Part shown: positions 46,412 through 54,222 of the stretch, in pieces
Position numbering within the stretch: position 1 is the stretch's first letter
Layout: every line of letters begins with the position of its first letter
IMG/VR virus record: IMGVR_UViG_3300032040_000005
Span: 1 to 64,000 of that record
Reading direction: 5' to 3' (one strand)
Length of the DNA stretch: 64,000 bases
DNA from: a virus
Lineage: Duplodnaviria > Caudoviricetes
Position numbers and translations under genes: made by a program
Notes under the pieces: generated by a model
Told to the model about the DNA's origin: nothing
The model's database searches: none
What the model saw: the letters and a program-made list of their open reading frames with translations, nothing else

Positions 46412-46747
46412 ATGAGAGCACTACTTGTAACATCGGAAAGCATTTCAGAAGTCCTCCTTGATCCAGAAGACATACTGGAGTCCATGTACGGACATTTAAA
46501 CTGCGACCTAGTAGAGGGTGCAGGCTATCCAGACCACACACACGCAGCCTGGGCAGATGAAGAAGGCATGTTCAAACTCTGTGACGGGTTTCAGGTCAAC
46601 AACGTCAAGTGGGTACCTGGCGGGCAGTTCGTAGGTAAGTTACTGGTTACAGGCTTTGATGCTGATACCGGCGATACCACTGCTGCCACCATGAGTGTTG
46701 ATGATCTTCAATCCATGATTCATACAGGAGAGCTTCGATTTGGTTAA
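46412..46747 (+). CDS. hypothetical protein (DUF3846-like)
   Basis: 111 aa; WADEEGM...FVGKLLVTG. Confidence 0.55.
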   Translation: MRALLVTSESISEVLLDPEDILESMYGHLNCDLVEGAGYPDHTHAAWADEEGMFKLCDGFQVNNVKWVPGGQFVGKLLVTGFDADTGDTTAATMSVDDLQSMIHTGELRFG

Positions 46748-46982
46748 ATTCTATATCTATTCCACACCCAACTGTTCCTTCTGTACCCGAGCCAAAAAGC
46801 TGGCTGAACAGAGAGGGCTTCAGTACAAAGTCATCGACCTGACCCAAGATGAGTCTGCTAAAGCGTGGTTCAAATCCCAAGGCTTCAAAACTGTCCCTCA
46901 GATATACGCCGGTGCTGAATACATTGGCGGGTATTCTGAGCTAGTGTCTTACGTTAAAACAGAAGAGATTCATCACACATGA
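46740..46982 (+). CDS. glutaredoxin
   Basis: CSFC, TVPQI, IGGY. Confidence 0.92.
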   Translation: MVKFYIYSTPNCSFCTRAKKLAEQRGLQYKVIDLTQDESAKAWFKSQGFKTVPQIYAGAEYIGGYSELVSYVKTEEIHHT

Positions 46983-47209
46983 TCACTCAAGCTGCTATTG
47001 CACTATTCGGTTTAACCGCCATTTGGTTCTCACAATCTGGTAAACCCAAGCAACGAAAGTGGGCACCTGTACTCGGATTGTGTAGTCAACCTTTCTGGTT
47101 CTACGCAACCTATTCAGCTGAGCAATGGGGCATCTTTGTATTGGCCGCATTCTATACCCTGGCTTGGTGCCGTGGTATCAAAACACATTGGTTTACGGAA
47201 CCGACATGA
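46979..47209 (+). CDS. small membrane protein
   Basis: 76 aa, three hydrophobic segments, QPFW motif. Confidence 0.65.
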   Translation: MITQAAIALFGLTAIWFSQSGKPKQRKWAPVLGLCSQPFWFYATYSAEQWGIFVLAAFYTLAWCRGIKTHWFTEPT

Positions 47210-47700
47210 TAAAGCCACATAAAGTTAAGTTCCATCCCTTCTACTGGGCCATTGTAGAGGCCGCAGCAGCACAGTCTGTTGCAACCCGACATAAGGTAGG
47301 GGCTGTGCTTGTAATGCCTACAGGCATGATCTCAACCGGCTGGAATGGTTCTCCATCAGGACTCCCTGATGAATGCGAGACTTGGGATGATACGCTTCAG
47401 CGATACAAAACAAAGCCAGAGACTGTTCACGCTGAGAGGAATGCAATAGACAAGATGACGCGTGAAGGTGTGTCCACCAAAGGCTCTGTATTGTTTGTCA
47501 CGCGTGCACCTTGCTTTGAATGTGCTAAGGCACTCATGGGCCTGGGCCTGGAAGCGGTGTATTACCGTGAGGAACACGATGATATGCGTGGACTGGAACT
47601 ACTTCACCATGCCGGTATTCGCACAGATCATGAAGCACCGCCTGTAGTGCGACCACCACCACCACCCACTAAACCTGAGCGATACAACTTAGCGGCTTAG
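47206..47700 (+). CDS. dCMP deaminase
   Basis: From MIKPH; KVGAVL, GWNG, HAERNA, PCFECAK. Confidence 0.92.
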   Translation: MIKPHKVKFHPFYWAIVEAAAAQSVATRHKVGAVLVMPTGMISTGWNGSPSGLPDECETWDDTLQRYKTKPETVHAERNAIDKMTREGVSTKGSVLFVTRAPCFECAKALMGLGLEAVYYREEHDDMRGLELLHHAGIRTDHEAPPVVRPPPPPTKPERYNLAA

Positions 47701-47745
47701 AAGTCCTCCGGCCTTTCTATGCTTTTTTGGATTAAGGAACCTACC

Positions 47746-47985
47746 ATGCTATTCCACACCACAGTGGATGGCATCCCCTGCCAGTGCCTTGTTACCGCGT
47801 ACTACCCTTCTATACCGATGCGTATTACCGGCTCGGGTATGGGCGATGCTGACCCACCTGAAGATGAAGTCTTTGAATACACTCTCTATGACCGTAAAGG
47901 TTATCCAGCACCCTGGCTTGAGAGTAAATTAACCCGTGACGATGATGATCGTCTTCTTACCGAATACAAACAATTGGATCACTAA
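47746..47985 (+). CDS. conserved phage hypothetical protein
   Basis: GIPCQ...DRKGYPAPWLESK pattern. Confidence 0.65.
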   Translation: MLFHTTVDGIPCQCLVTAYYPSIPMRITGSGMGDADPPEDEVFEYTLYDRKGYPAPWLESKLTRDDDDRLLTEYKQLDH

Positions 47986-47988
47986 ATT

Positions 47989-48198
47989 ATGTTGCTCAAA
48001 GATATGCTGAAAATTATTCACCGCCGTGTACGTCAAGACTGTTTTATGGATGTCGTAGAAGAGTCTGGTAATTCCGTTACCACCGTATGGAAATGGCGTA
48101 ATGATCCACCTGATAAACCAAGTCTATTGGTTTTCTCACGATTTGCTCGTTACTGCGGGCTGAACCCTACAATTGATCAACTGGGAGAATTGCAGTGA
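47989..48198 (+). CDS. small putative HTH (XRE-like) protein
   Basis: VVEESGNSVTTVWKWRN...PSL...ARYCG. Confidence 0.5.
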   Translation: MLLKDMLKIIHRRVRQDCFMDVVEESGNSVTTVWKWRNDPPDKPSLLVFSRFARYCGLNPTIDQLGELQ

Positions 48199-48590
48199 AC
48201 AATAAGGATACGATTCTACATACCGAAAAGATCCGCAATCGTTTGATTGATATGTCTAACGCTGTCTTGGTTTCACTAGATGTAGCCGGTTTGTTTGTCT
48301 TACGGGCGGAAGATTATGAACTACGTAAAAATATTGAAAAAGGTTATGAGGCTTTATGTGACGCACAACAGTTCTTCAATAAAGCAGATGCCCTCAATGC
48401 CGAGCGAGCCAATGCTGCTCAAGCTGCCCTTACTTACCAGACTCAACAACAAGCAGACAAGGGTCCTAGCTTTCATCGCAGTGAGCTTATTGCAAAAATC
48501 GCGGAAGCCATGGCCTCTGCTGATACTGGATCTGTTACTACTATTAAGATCCGCTCAGGGGGATACACAGTTAACACCAAGACTGGTTAA
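48195..48590 (+). CDS. hypothetical protein
   Basis: 131 aa coupled ORF. Confidence 0.6.
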   Translation: MNNKDTILHTEKIRNRLIDMSNAVLVSLDVAGLFVLRAEDYELRKNIEKGYEALCDAQQFFNKADALNAERANAAQAALTYQTQQQADKGPSFHRSELIAKIAEAMASADTGSVTTIKIRSGGYTVNTKTG

Positions 48591-48699
48591 ACTTACTAAG
48601 TAGAACCAGTATTACTTATAAGTTTACTTCACCCCTTTCATCTGTGATTGTTATTGATTAGTATACTAATACTCAAATAAACCTATTAGGAACTTATCA

Positions 48700-48915
48700 A
48701 TGGCAATTGCTATCCCCTCAAAGTTTGACTTGCATACAGACAGCGTCATTATCGGACACGCTGAAATCGTTTCTGTTTACAGGAAGGGCAGACTTCATTG
48801 GGCTTTACCTGGTAGTGGTTACACCACATCTAAAGTATTTGCGACTACTTATGCAGGGCGACTTAATCGTATGATCCTGCGTAATATGGAACGTCTTAAC
48901 ACCAACCTGCTCTAA
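48700..48915 (+). CDS. small conserved protein preceding the holin
   Basis: 71 aa; WALPG motif; AGGA RBS. Confidence 0.65.
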   Translation: MAIAIPSKFDLHTDSVIIGHAEIVSVYRKGRLHWALPGSGYTTSKVFATTYAGRLNRMILRNMERLNTNLL

Positions 48916-48942
48916 CCAGATTTACCTACATTCGTATAACAC

Positions 48943-48970
48943 AGAACTTACAATACGTAAGTTCTTTTTT
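48943..48970 (+). terminator. terminator-like hairpin immediately before holin
   Basis: AGAACTTAC-AATAC-GTAAGTTCT-TTTTT. Confidence 0.65.
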
Positions 48971-48989
48971 ACGCGTCTAGGAATTTATT

Positions 48990-49325
48990 ATGGATATTAA
49001 ACACAGCACAGAGTTACTGGATTTCGTAGGCGCAATCATTGTCAGCGTTATCTCAGGTATCATATCTATTGCTCGCAGAGTTACTGCGGGACACAAAGCA
49101 TCTATACTTTGGGTCATTAGTGAATTTATGATGGCCATTATGTCCGGTTACCTGATGTACACCGCTTACCCGCATATACGTGAATCCATGCCCGCATGGT
49201 TTACGTTGCCTATTGCAGTGGCTTTCTCAGCTCACGTAGGTGGTAAAGTATTCCAGGAAGTTGAGAGTGCCCTCATTAGGAAATACACATCTGTTATCGG
49301 TATACGCCCATGCGACCATAGATAA
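48990..49325 (+). CDS. holin (N4 gp63-like)
   Basis: 111 aa with three hydrophobic segments and basic C-terminus. Confidence 0.65.
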   Translation: MDIKHSTELLDFVGAIIVSVISGIISIARRVTAGHKASILWVISEFMMAIMSGYLMYTAYPHIRESMPAWFTLPIAVAFSAHVGGKVFQEVESALIRKYTSVIGIRPCDHR

Positions 49326-49334
49326 ACTCTTCAC

Positions 49335-49705
49335 ACCCCCAGGAGTAGGTGGGGCTAATAATCTGCTTCAGCATAGGCTTTTTTATCCTCGCCATTCGTA
49401 TGTGGTGGGTGGATTGATACGTTAAGCGTGGTTACCCCTTCGGGACAACTGCTGTGCTTATCGAGGATTGAAACCAGAGTGACTGTGTATTGTAGCCCCT
49501 GAGTACCGTTAACCCGCGATTCGTCACACGGTTATCAAACGTCATACAGGGTCTACCCTTACCCCTTCCCGATCTATTTTATTTATCAGAGAGTATCGAA
49601 ACAGCCTCTTGCGTTCAGACCCGTTGCAAGCGATGTGTTACAAAACTGTAGAGAGTCGGAACGGGGTGACTCCCTATAAGTTGTACGTGTTTCGGTACTC
49701 CCCCA
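49335..49705 (+). ncRNA. candidate large structured RNA (~360 nt)
   Basis: No gene-length ORF with RBS in a 400-bp gap; several nested helices (49385/49462, 49492/49547, 49561/49649, 49342/49696), two UUCG loops and a GUGA loop on the + strand. Confidence 0.45.
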
Positions 49706-49729
49706 TAAATAAACCAAAGGAATTACATT

Positions 49730-50224
49730 ATGTCAGTTAGTAGAGAAAAGTTTGAACGTCGTTTCCCAAAACCTATAGGAGTCGGCTTTAACCAAGAGCT
49801 TCAGAGGTACGAAGCCAGCGTTTATAGCGAGCCATCTGTTAGTAAATACAACGCTATTTGGAATGGATGGCAAGCATCCCGCGCACAGGATGGCGGGGAG
49901 CCGGTGGCTGATTTTGAAATCGAGTGTGATTGTGGCGACTTTTACCGGGCTGACAGTTTCGGTGCAGGGTTTATCGCCGGCGTAGGTATGTGTGAAAACT
50001 GTCTGACAACGCACACCTCAGTCCACCCGCCCAGCGCCGTGGTGCCGGAGTGGATTAAGTGCAGCGAGCGAATTACAGAGAATAGATGCCTCGCGTACAC
50101 ACCGAATGACGACCCCGGAATAATGTTCAGAATTGTACCGGCTAGATTGTTAAAACAGTCTTCTGATGTAACCCACTGGATGCCACTGCCACAACCACCA
50201 AAAAAGCAGGAGCAAGAATCGTGA
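49730..50224 (+). CDS. temperate-phage accessory protein with C-terminal DUF551
   Basis: WIKCSERI...VTHWMPLPQPP; CDCG/CENC zinc motif. Confidence 0.75.
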   Translation: MSVSREKFERRFPKPIGVGFNQELQRYEASVYSEPSVSKYNAIWNGWQASRAQDGGEPVADFEIECDCGDFYRADSFGAGFIAGVGMCENCLTTHTSVHPPSAVVPEWIKCSERITENRCLAYTPNDDPGIMFRIVPARLLKQSSDVTHWMPLPQPPKKQEQES

Positions 50225-50706
50225 CCAAAACACCTGAAACAATCTACCTGATCCATGGCGGGTATGATGGCGAGCAAGGGCTTGTGTGGTGCGACGATCC
50301 AGCGCCAGATTCGTATTGTGATCCAGCCGCGGCGGTTAAGTATGTGCGTGCTGATGTTGCAATGGAGTTGAGGCGGCTTGCCTCAATGCGGAGTCGGGCA
50401 CAAGTGACCGAACTGGTGACGGCTTTGCGAGATGCCGCAGACATAATCCTGGCCGATGCTAACACAGAGCAGAACTACGGCTCGCTTTGTCGCATAGGCA
50501 ACGTACTGGACAAGGACTCATCCGCTGCATGGCTACTGCGGCAAAAGGCTGAGAAGTTAGACGAGGTGGCGAAGCTTGTATTAGATGCGGGTGATTTGGC
50601 AACTGTGGCAAGCATCTACGAAGGGCTAATGAGCAATGCTGCCAGCTTACGCCAAGCCGCCGCTGAGGCCGACAAGGCCGACAAGGCGGGAAGTGGTAAT
50701 GAGTGA
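50221..50706 (+). CDS. temperate-phage accessory protein
   Basis: PETIYL...WCDDPAP...AVKYVRAD. Confidence 0.65.
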   Translation: MTKTPETIYLIHGGYDGEQGLVWCDDPAPDSYCDPAAAVKYVRADVAMELRRLASMRSRAQVTELVTALRDAADIILADANTEQNYGSLCRIGNVLDKDSSAAWLLRQKAEKLDEVAKLVLDAGDLATVASIYEGLMSNAASLRQAAAEADKADKAGSGNE

Positions 50707-50977
50707 TGTGACCTGCCCATACTGTGAAGCTGAACAAGAGATAAACCACGACGATGGTTACGGCTATGAAGAAGGCGAGAAGCATGAACAAGAGTGCTTT
50801 ACTTGCGAGCGAGAGGTCAATTTCACAACTTCAATCAGCTTCAACTATGACGTTTTCTGCAAAGACGGCGACCACGTAATGGAACCCTTCGGTGACAAGT
50901 GGCCACTTATGTATGAGTGCGAAAACTGTAACTTCTTTGAACGCAGAAAGGATGAAACCAATGAAAGAGCTACATGA
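50699..50977 (+). CDS. zinc-ribbon protein
   Basis: MSDVTCPYC...HEQECFTC...CENC. Confidence 0.7.
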   Translation: MSDVTCPYCEAEQEINHDDGYGYEEGEKHEQECFTCEREVNFTTSISFNYDVFCKDGDHVMEPFGDKWPLMYECENCNFFERRKDETNERAT

Positions 50978-51176
50978 AAGCAAAGGTAAAAAGGGCGGGC
51001 GTTGTAATGTAACTGCCTGTCAGCAACCAGGTGCCTGGTATTTCAACAAATCTACCAGGGCTTACTACTGCCAAGAATGTGCCAACGAGGTAAACTATTT
51101 TGGTGGCCGATCACTCACTTTGGAGTTGTACGGTACGCCTCTATTGTGTGAACTGGATGAAACCAATGACGGATAG
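50961..51176 (+). CDS. small Cys-rich protein
   Basis: GRCNVTACQ...YYCQECA. Confidence 0.65.
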   Translation: MKELHESKGKKGGRCNVTACQQPGAWYFNKSTRAYYCQECANEVNYFGGRSLTLELYGTPLLCELDETNDG

Positions 51177-51375
51177 AAGCATGAAAAATCTGTATGAAAA
51201 ATTCTGTAATGGTGATCCTATTACTGATGAGCAGCTTGACGAAGGCATCAGATTTTTCCATATGTTGACAATCAAACTCTCCAGCTTGGGACCAGTTTTC
51301 CGTTTAGCACAAAATGAATCAAATAGAGTGCTTAGTAGGTTGCAAGATTATTATGATGCCAGGAATGAAACATGA
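51166..51375 (+). CDS. hypothetical protein
   Basis: 69 aa from MTDRSMK; coupled. Confidence 0.6.
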   Translation: MTDRSMKNLYEKFCNGDPITDEQLDEGIRFFHMLTIKLSSLGPVFRLAQNESNRVLSRLQDYYDARNET

Positions 51376-51518
51376 TCTTCATTTCCTTTGTACTATTCAT
51401 GACCTTGGGAATGTTGATGGAATCGCAAGGTCTAACAGACCTCGTAGCCTATGCCTTCATGGGTTACGCGTGTGGAGCCATTGGTTTTAACAAACAAAAC
51501 TTTCTAACAGCGAGCTAG
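51372..51518 (+). CDS. small membrane protein (48 aa)
   Basis: Two hydrophobic segments; ATGA overlap. Confidence 0.5.
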   Translation: MIFISFVLFMTLGMLMESQGLTDLVAYAFMGYACGAIGFNKQNFLTAS

Positions 51519-51521
51519 TTT

Positions 51522-51677
51522 ATGGAGAATGAAACCAGGTACAACATCGTAACGGATGATGATGAGATTTTAGAGTATGATCTCGATCTGTTCTTAGCTG
51601 AAACCCTGCTCTGCTCTCACATCAACGGTGGAGCTGATGCTTACATTGAAATTATCGAACCAGAGGACACACAATGA
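51522..51677 (+). CDS. small acidic protein (51 aa)
   Basis: MENETRY...; ATGA overlap with the xis-like gene. Confidence 0.5.
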   Translation: MENETRYNIVTDDDEILEYDLDLFLAETLLCSHINGGADAYIEIIEPEDTQ

Positions 51678-51922
51678 ATCCAATACTTAATCCCGCCTAC
51701 GTTCAAATCCCAAAGAAAGAAGCTGCCACCATTTTAGGCATCAGTGTCTCTGAATTGGATCGTCGTAGAATCAGTGACGACCGCTGCCCGAATGGTTTCA
51801 AAGAGCGTGATGATAAAATGGCTCCGGTGAAGTTCCGACTCTCGGACATCTACACGTACTCCGAAGCCATTATGAACAGTGCTATTCCGGCTACTCAGTT
51901 AAAAGGTGCATCGGTCTCTTAG
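51674..51922 (+). CDS. excisionase-like winged-HTH protein (AlpA/Xis)
   Basis: IPKKEAATILGISVSELDRRR...FRLSDI; convergent with and overlapping int. Confidence 0.7.
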   Translation: MNPILNPAYVQIPKKEAATILGISVSELDRRRISDDRCPNGFKERDDKMAPVKFRLSDIYTYSEAIMNSAIPATQLKGASVS

Positions 51923-53120
51923 GCTTACCCTTACCCGTTTCTAAATAATCCAGATAATCCGCGTACCAACACATCATTTCCCGGCGCTTATCCAAATACT
52001 GTGCCTGGTTATATACCCCAGCGTCACCGCCTTCAACGTGTGCTAACTGCATCTCTACGTAGTCTTTATCCCAACGGTGTTCACGTAACAACGTGCTGGC
52101 TGTGTGCCTTGCACCGTGACCTACAAGCTTGCCTTTGTACCCGACTAACCGCAGACACTTATTAATCGTGTTCTCGCTCATCGTGGGGTTCTTAGTACCA
52201 AAGCCTGGGAACACATACTTACCCCGTCCTGACGTTTCATGCATGGTTCGCAGTTCAGCCACTGTTTGAGGTGCCAACGGGATAAGGTGATCTCGACGCA
52301 TCTTCATTTTTGCAGCGGGTATCGTCCATAAGGCGTTATCCAAATCCATATCAACCCATTCACTAAATCGTGCCATGCCTGGGCGACACGCTGTACGCAG
52401 CACCAGGCGTGTCATGGTTAAGGTGATCTGTTTACTCGTAGACTTTCTAAGGGCCATAAGGAAAGCCGGCAACTCGTCTTCTAATAGATGAGGGTGCGGC
52501 GTTTCCTGATGACCTTGTTGAGCCAGATGACGTAACTCACTTGCGGGGTTTACAGTGCAATGGCCTTGAGCCATCGCCAGTGAGAATATTTGATTGATCC
52601 AGAGTCTTACTTTACCGGCAATGGCACCGGCACCCCGGGCTTCCATCTTTGATTGGATCGCCGCACAGTCTAATCGTGTGACTGCATCCAACGCTTTGTG
52701 GCCAATGGCCGGATAGATGTCTTTGTTCAAATACAACTCATATTGATAAAGGCTACCCGCTACGCGGCCTGCCTTTATCTTACGGTCATACCAGTCTTCA
52801 GCGGCTTCTTTAAAAGTCATCTTTTCTTGTATACCCGAACCCAAGTGTACAAGATCTTCACCGTCTGAGGATTGGCTCAGCAGCTCTTTAGCATTCTCGC
52901 GGGCCAACTTACCGGAGACTCGCGGGTATCCGCCCAGACCTTTCCAGGCCCATTTACCGTTGGGACGCTTATACCGTAAGACCCAGGACTTGCCACCGTT
53001 AGTCTTCACACGGAAGTACAAACCTTCGCTGTCACGCTCCTGGTAATCCGTGGTGTCTGGCTCTAAGGCGTTGAGAACACTGTCTGCCAGGGGACGCCGC
53101 TTAATCGCTGATCGCTTCAT
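51891..53120 (-). CDS. int: P4-family tyrosine integrase
   Basis: Arm-binding N-domain GLYFRV..GGKSW.LRY; catalytic R (ACRPG), K (KMKMRR), HGAR, LAH, YN. Confidence 0.95.
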   Translation of the reverse strand: MKRSAIKRRPLADSVLNALEPDTTDYQERDSEGLYFRVKTNGGKSWVLRYKRPNGKWAWKGLGGYPRVSGKLARENAKELLSQSSDGEDLVHLGSGIQEKMTFKEAAEDWYDRKIKAGRVAGSLYQYELYLNKDIYPAIGHKALDAVTRLDCAAIQSKMEARGAGAIAGKVRLWINQIFSLAMAQGHCTVNPASELRHLAQQGHQETPHPHLLEDELPAFLMALRKSTSKQITLTMTRLVLRTACRPGMARFSEWVDMDLDNALWTIPAAKMKMRRDHLIPLAPQTVAELRTMHETSGRGKYVFPGFGTKNPTMSENTINKCLRLVGYKGKLVGHGARHTASTLLREHRWDKDYVEMQLAHVEGGDAGVYNQAQYLDKRREMMCWYADYLDYLETGKGKPKRPMHLLTE

Positions 53121-53145
53121 GTACCTCTCCTTGTATACCCGAACC
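52826..53145. repeat. 16-bp exact direct repeat CTTGTATACCCGAACC
   Basis: Copies at 52826-52841 (inside int) and 53130-53145 (upstream of the int start). Confidence 0.8.
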
Positions 53146-53370
53146 GGAAGTATACACAGAGGTATACACGAAAGGTACTACTGCTGTGGGTAAGCAGGAA
53201 GAGGCTTGAGGGCTTGATTAGGGCTTAACGATATGATTTAGAAGGGTATTTGTGAGGTCTGAGGAGGTGTGAAAATCTTCCGGTGGTAGCGGCGGGCTAA
53301 CCCAAACCGCGCTTGTAAAACAGGTGCTTACAACTCAATAACAGTTCTGTGTACAAGCGTGTGTACACGC
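53125..53370. other. candidate attP
   Basis: Non-coding, upstream of int; GTATAC(A/C)C at 53133/53150/53162 and GTGTACA at 53349/53361 flank a central 53282-53296 that reads CCCGC-CGCTACC-A-CC on the minus strand (tRNA/tmRNA 3-prime-end layout). Confidence 0.55.
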
Positions 53371-53409
53371 TTTTCTCTACTAAGATTCTGATATTACGGG
53401 TGACCTATA

Positions 53410-53434
53410 GAAAAAGCCCCCAGTAAAGGGGGCT
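53410..53434 (-). terminator. rho-independent terminator ending the tail/DGR operon
   Basis: minus strand AGCCCCC-TTTACT-GGGGGCT-TTTT; a second hairpin CGTGGGG-ATAG-CCCCACG at ~53453-53470. Confidence 0.8.
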
Positions 53435-53471
53435 GTCTGTGCGAGAAGACTACGTGGGGATAGCCCCACGG

Positions 53472-53873
53472 TCAACCTGGCTTGGCTTTCATCCTGTTCA
53501 CCACGCCTTCCAGGGCACCGCCACCAAAGTAGAAAGCAGCCACAAGGGCCACCGGTGTACCGAGTGTCGCGTTGTTTAGTTGGCCTACCTCTTTAGCCGC
53601 TTGCGTTAGCTGGGCACCATAGACCGGATCAACCATACCTGCTGCCAGCATGAATCCAGCACACAGTACCCAGATGAGTACGAAGGGAATCGCAAGCACC
53701 AGCATCAACAGACGCTGTGCAATCTTAAAAGGTTCGTACCCTTTGAGCAGGCTCAGGAATCCTTTAGACTTTTCCTCATCTGTGTAGAACGCAGCATCGA
53801 CGCCATTGTAAATACCATCGGCTGCTTTCTTGATGACGTTCTCATTACCGAACAGTGTTGCAAATATCCCCAT
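53472..53873 (-). CDS. holin-like membrane protein
   Basis: YTDEEK...RLLMLV hydrophobic helices...FYFGG, a pattern of phage 3TM holin-like proteins. Confidence 0.6.
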   Translation of the reverse strand: MGIFATLFGNENVIKKAADGIYNGVDAAFYTDEEKSKGFLSLLKGYEPFKIAQRLLMLVLAIPFVLIWVLCAGFMLAAGMVDPVYGAQLTQAAKEVGQLNNATLGTPVALVAAFYFGGGALEGVVNRMKAKPG

Positions 53874-53890
53874 ACCGTTCTCCTGTTGGT

Positions 53891-54127
53891 TTACTGCAAT
53901 GCCAGCATTTGCTTGGCATACCGTACATCAGCTTCAAAGCTCACCAGACAATGATCCATTTGCCAAAAGAATGTTGCGTTAATAATATTCCGTGCTTTAT
54001 TCCACCCTGGCTTGTGCCGGTTAACGTAACACCGAGCTGAGACGGTCTGATCGTGATGACCCAACAGGATAAAGAGGTTCACGGTCTGGCTACACCAGGC
54101 CGCTACTCGTGAGAGAAAGCCGATCAT
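53891..54127 (-). CDS. hypothetical protein
   Basis: SQTVNLFILLGHHDQTVSARC...INATFFWQ.DHC. Confidence 0.65.
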   Translation of the reverse strand: MIGFLSRVAAWCSQTVNLFILLGHHDQTVSARCYVNRHKPGWNKARNIINATFFWQMDHCLVSFEADVRYAKQMLALQ

Positions 54128-54222
54128 ATCGACCAAACCATGGTAGGCAATACAGCGTACATAGTGCCACCAGTTTCGCTAGTTACAGTGTTACAGTTGG
54201 ATCGGTAAAAGTGGATTTTCAT
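54124..54222 (-). CDS. 32-aa micro-ORF, translationally coupled on both sides
   Basis: MKIHFYRSNC...VWSI; ATGA overlaps at both ends. Confidence 0.4.
   Translation of the reverse strand: MKIHFYRSNCNTVTSETGGTMYAVLPTMVWSI

Noticed and set aside
47989-48198. CI repressor
   Set aside because: Only 69 aa, no peptidase domain, co-directional within the middle operon with no divergent cro arrangement.
49335-49705. tmRNA, RNase P RNA, group I or group II intron identity
   Set aside because: No tRNA-like T arm with CCA, no GAGGAAAGUCC, no convincing P/Q/R/S elements, and the GUGA hairpin does not fit a domain V fold.
53270-53310. Complete tRNA gene
   Set aside because: Only a 3-prime-end-like fragment; no T-loop TTCRA, anticodon or D arm. 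No full tRNA was found by eye anywhere in the window.
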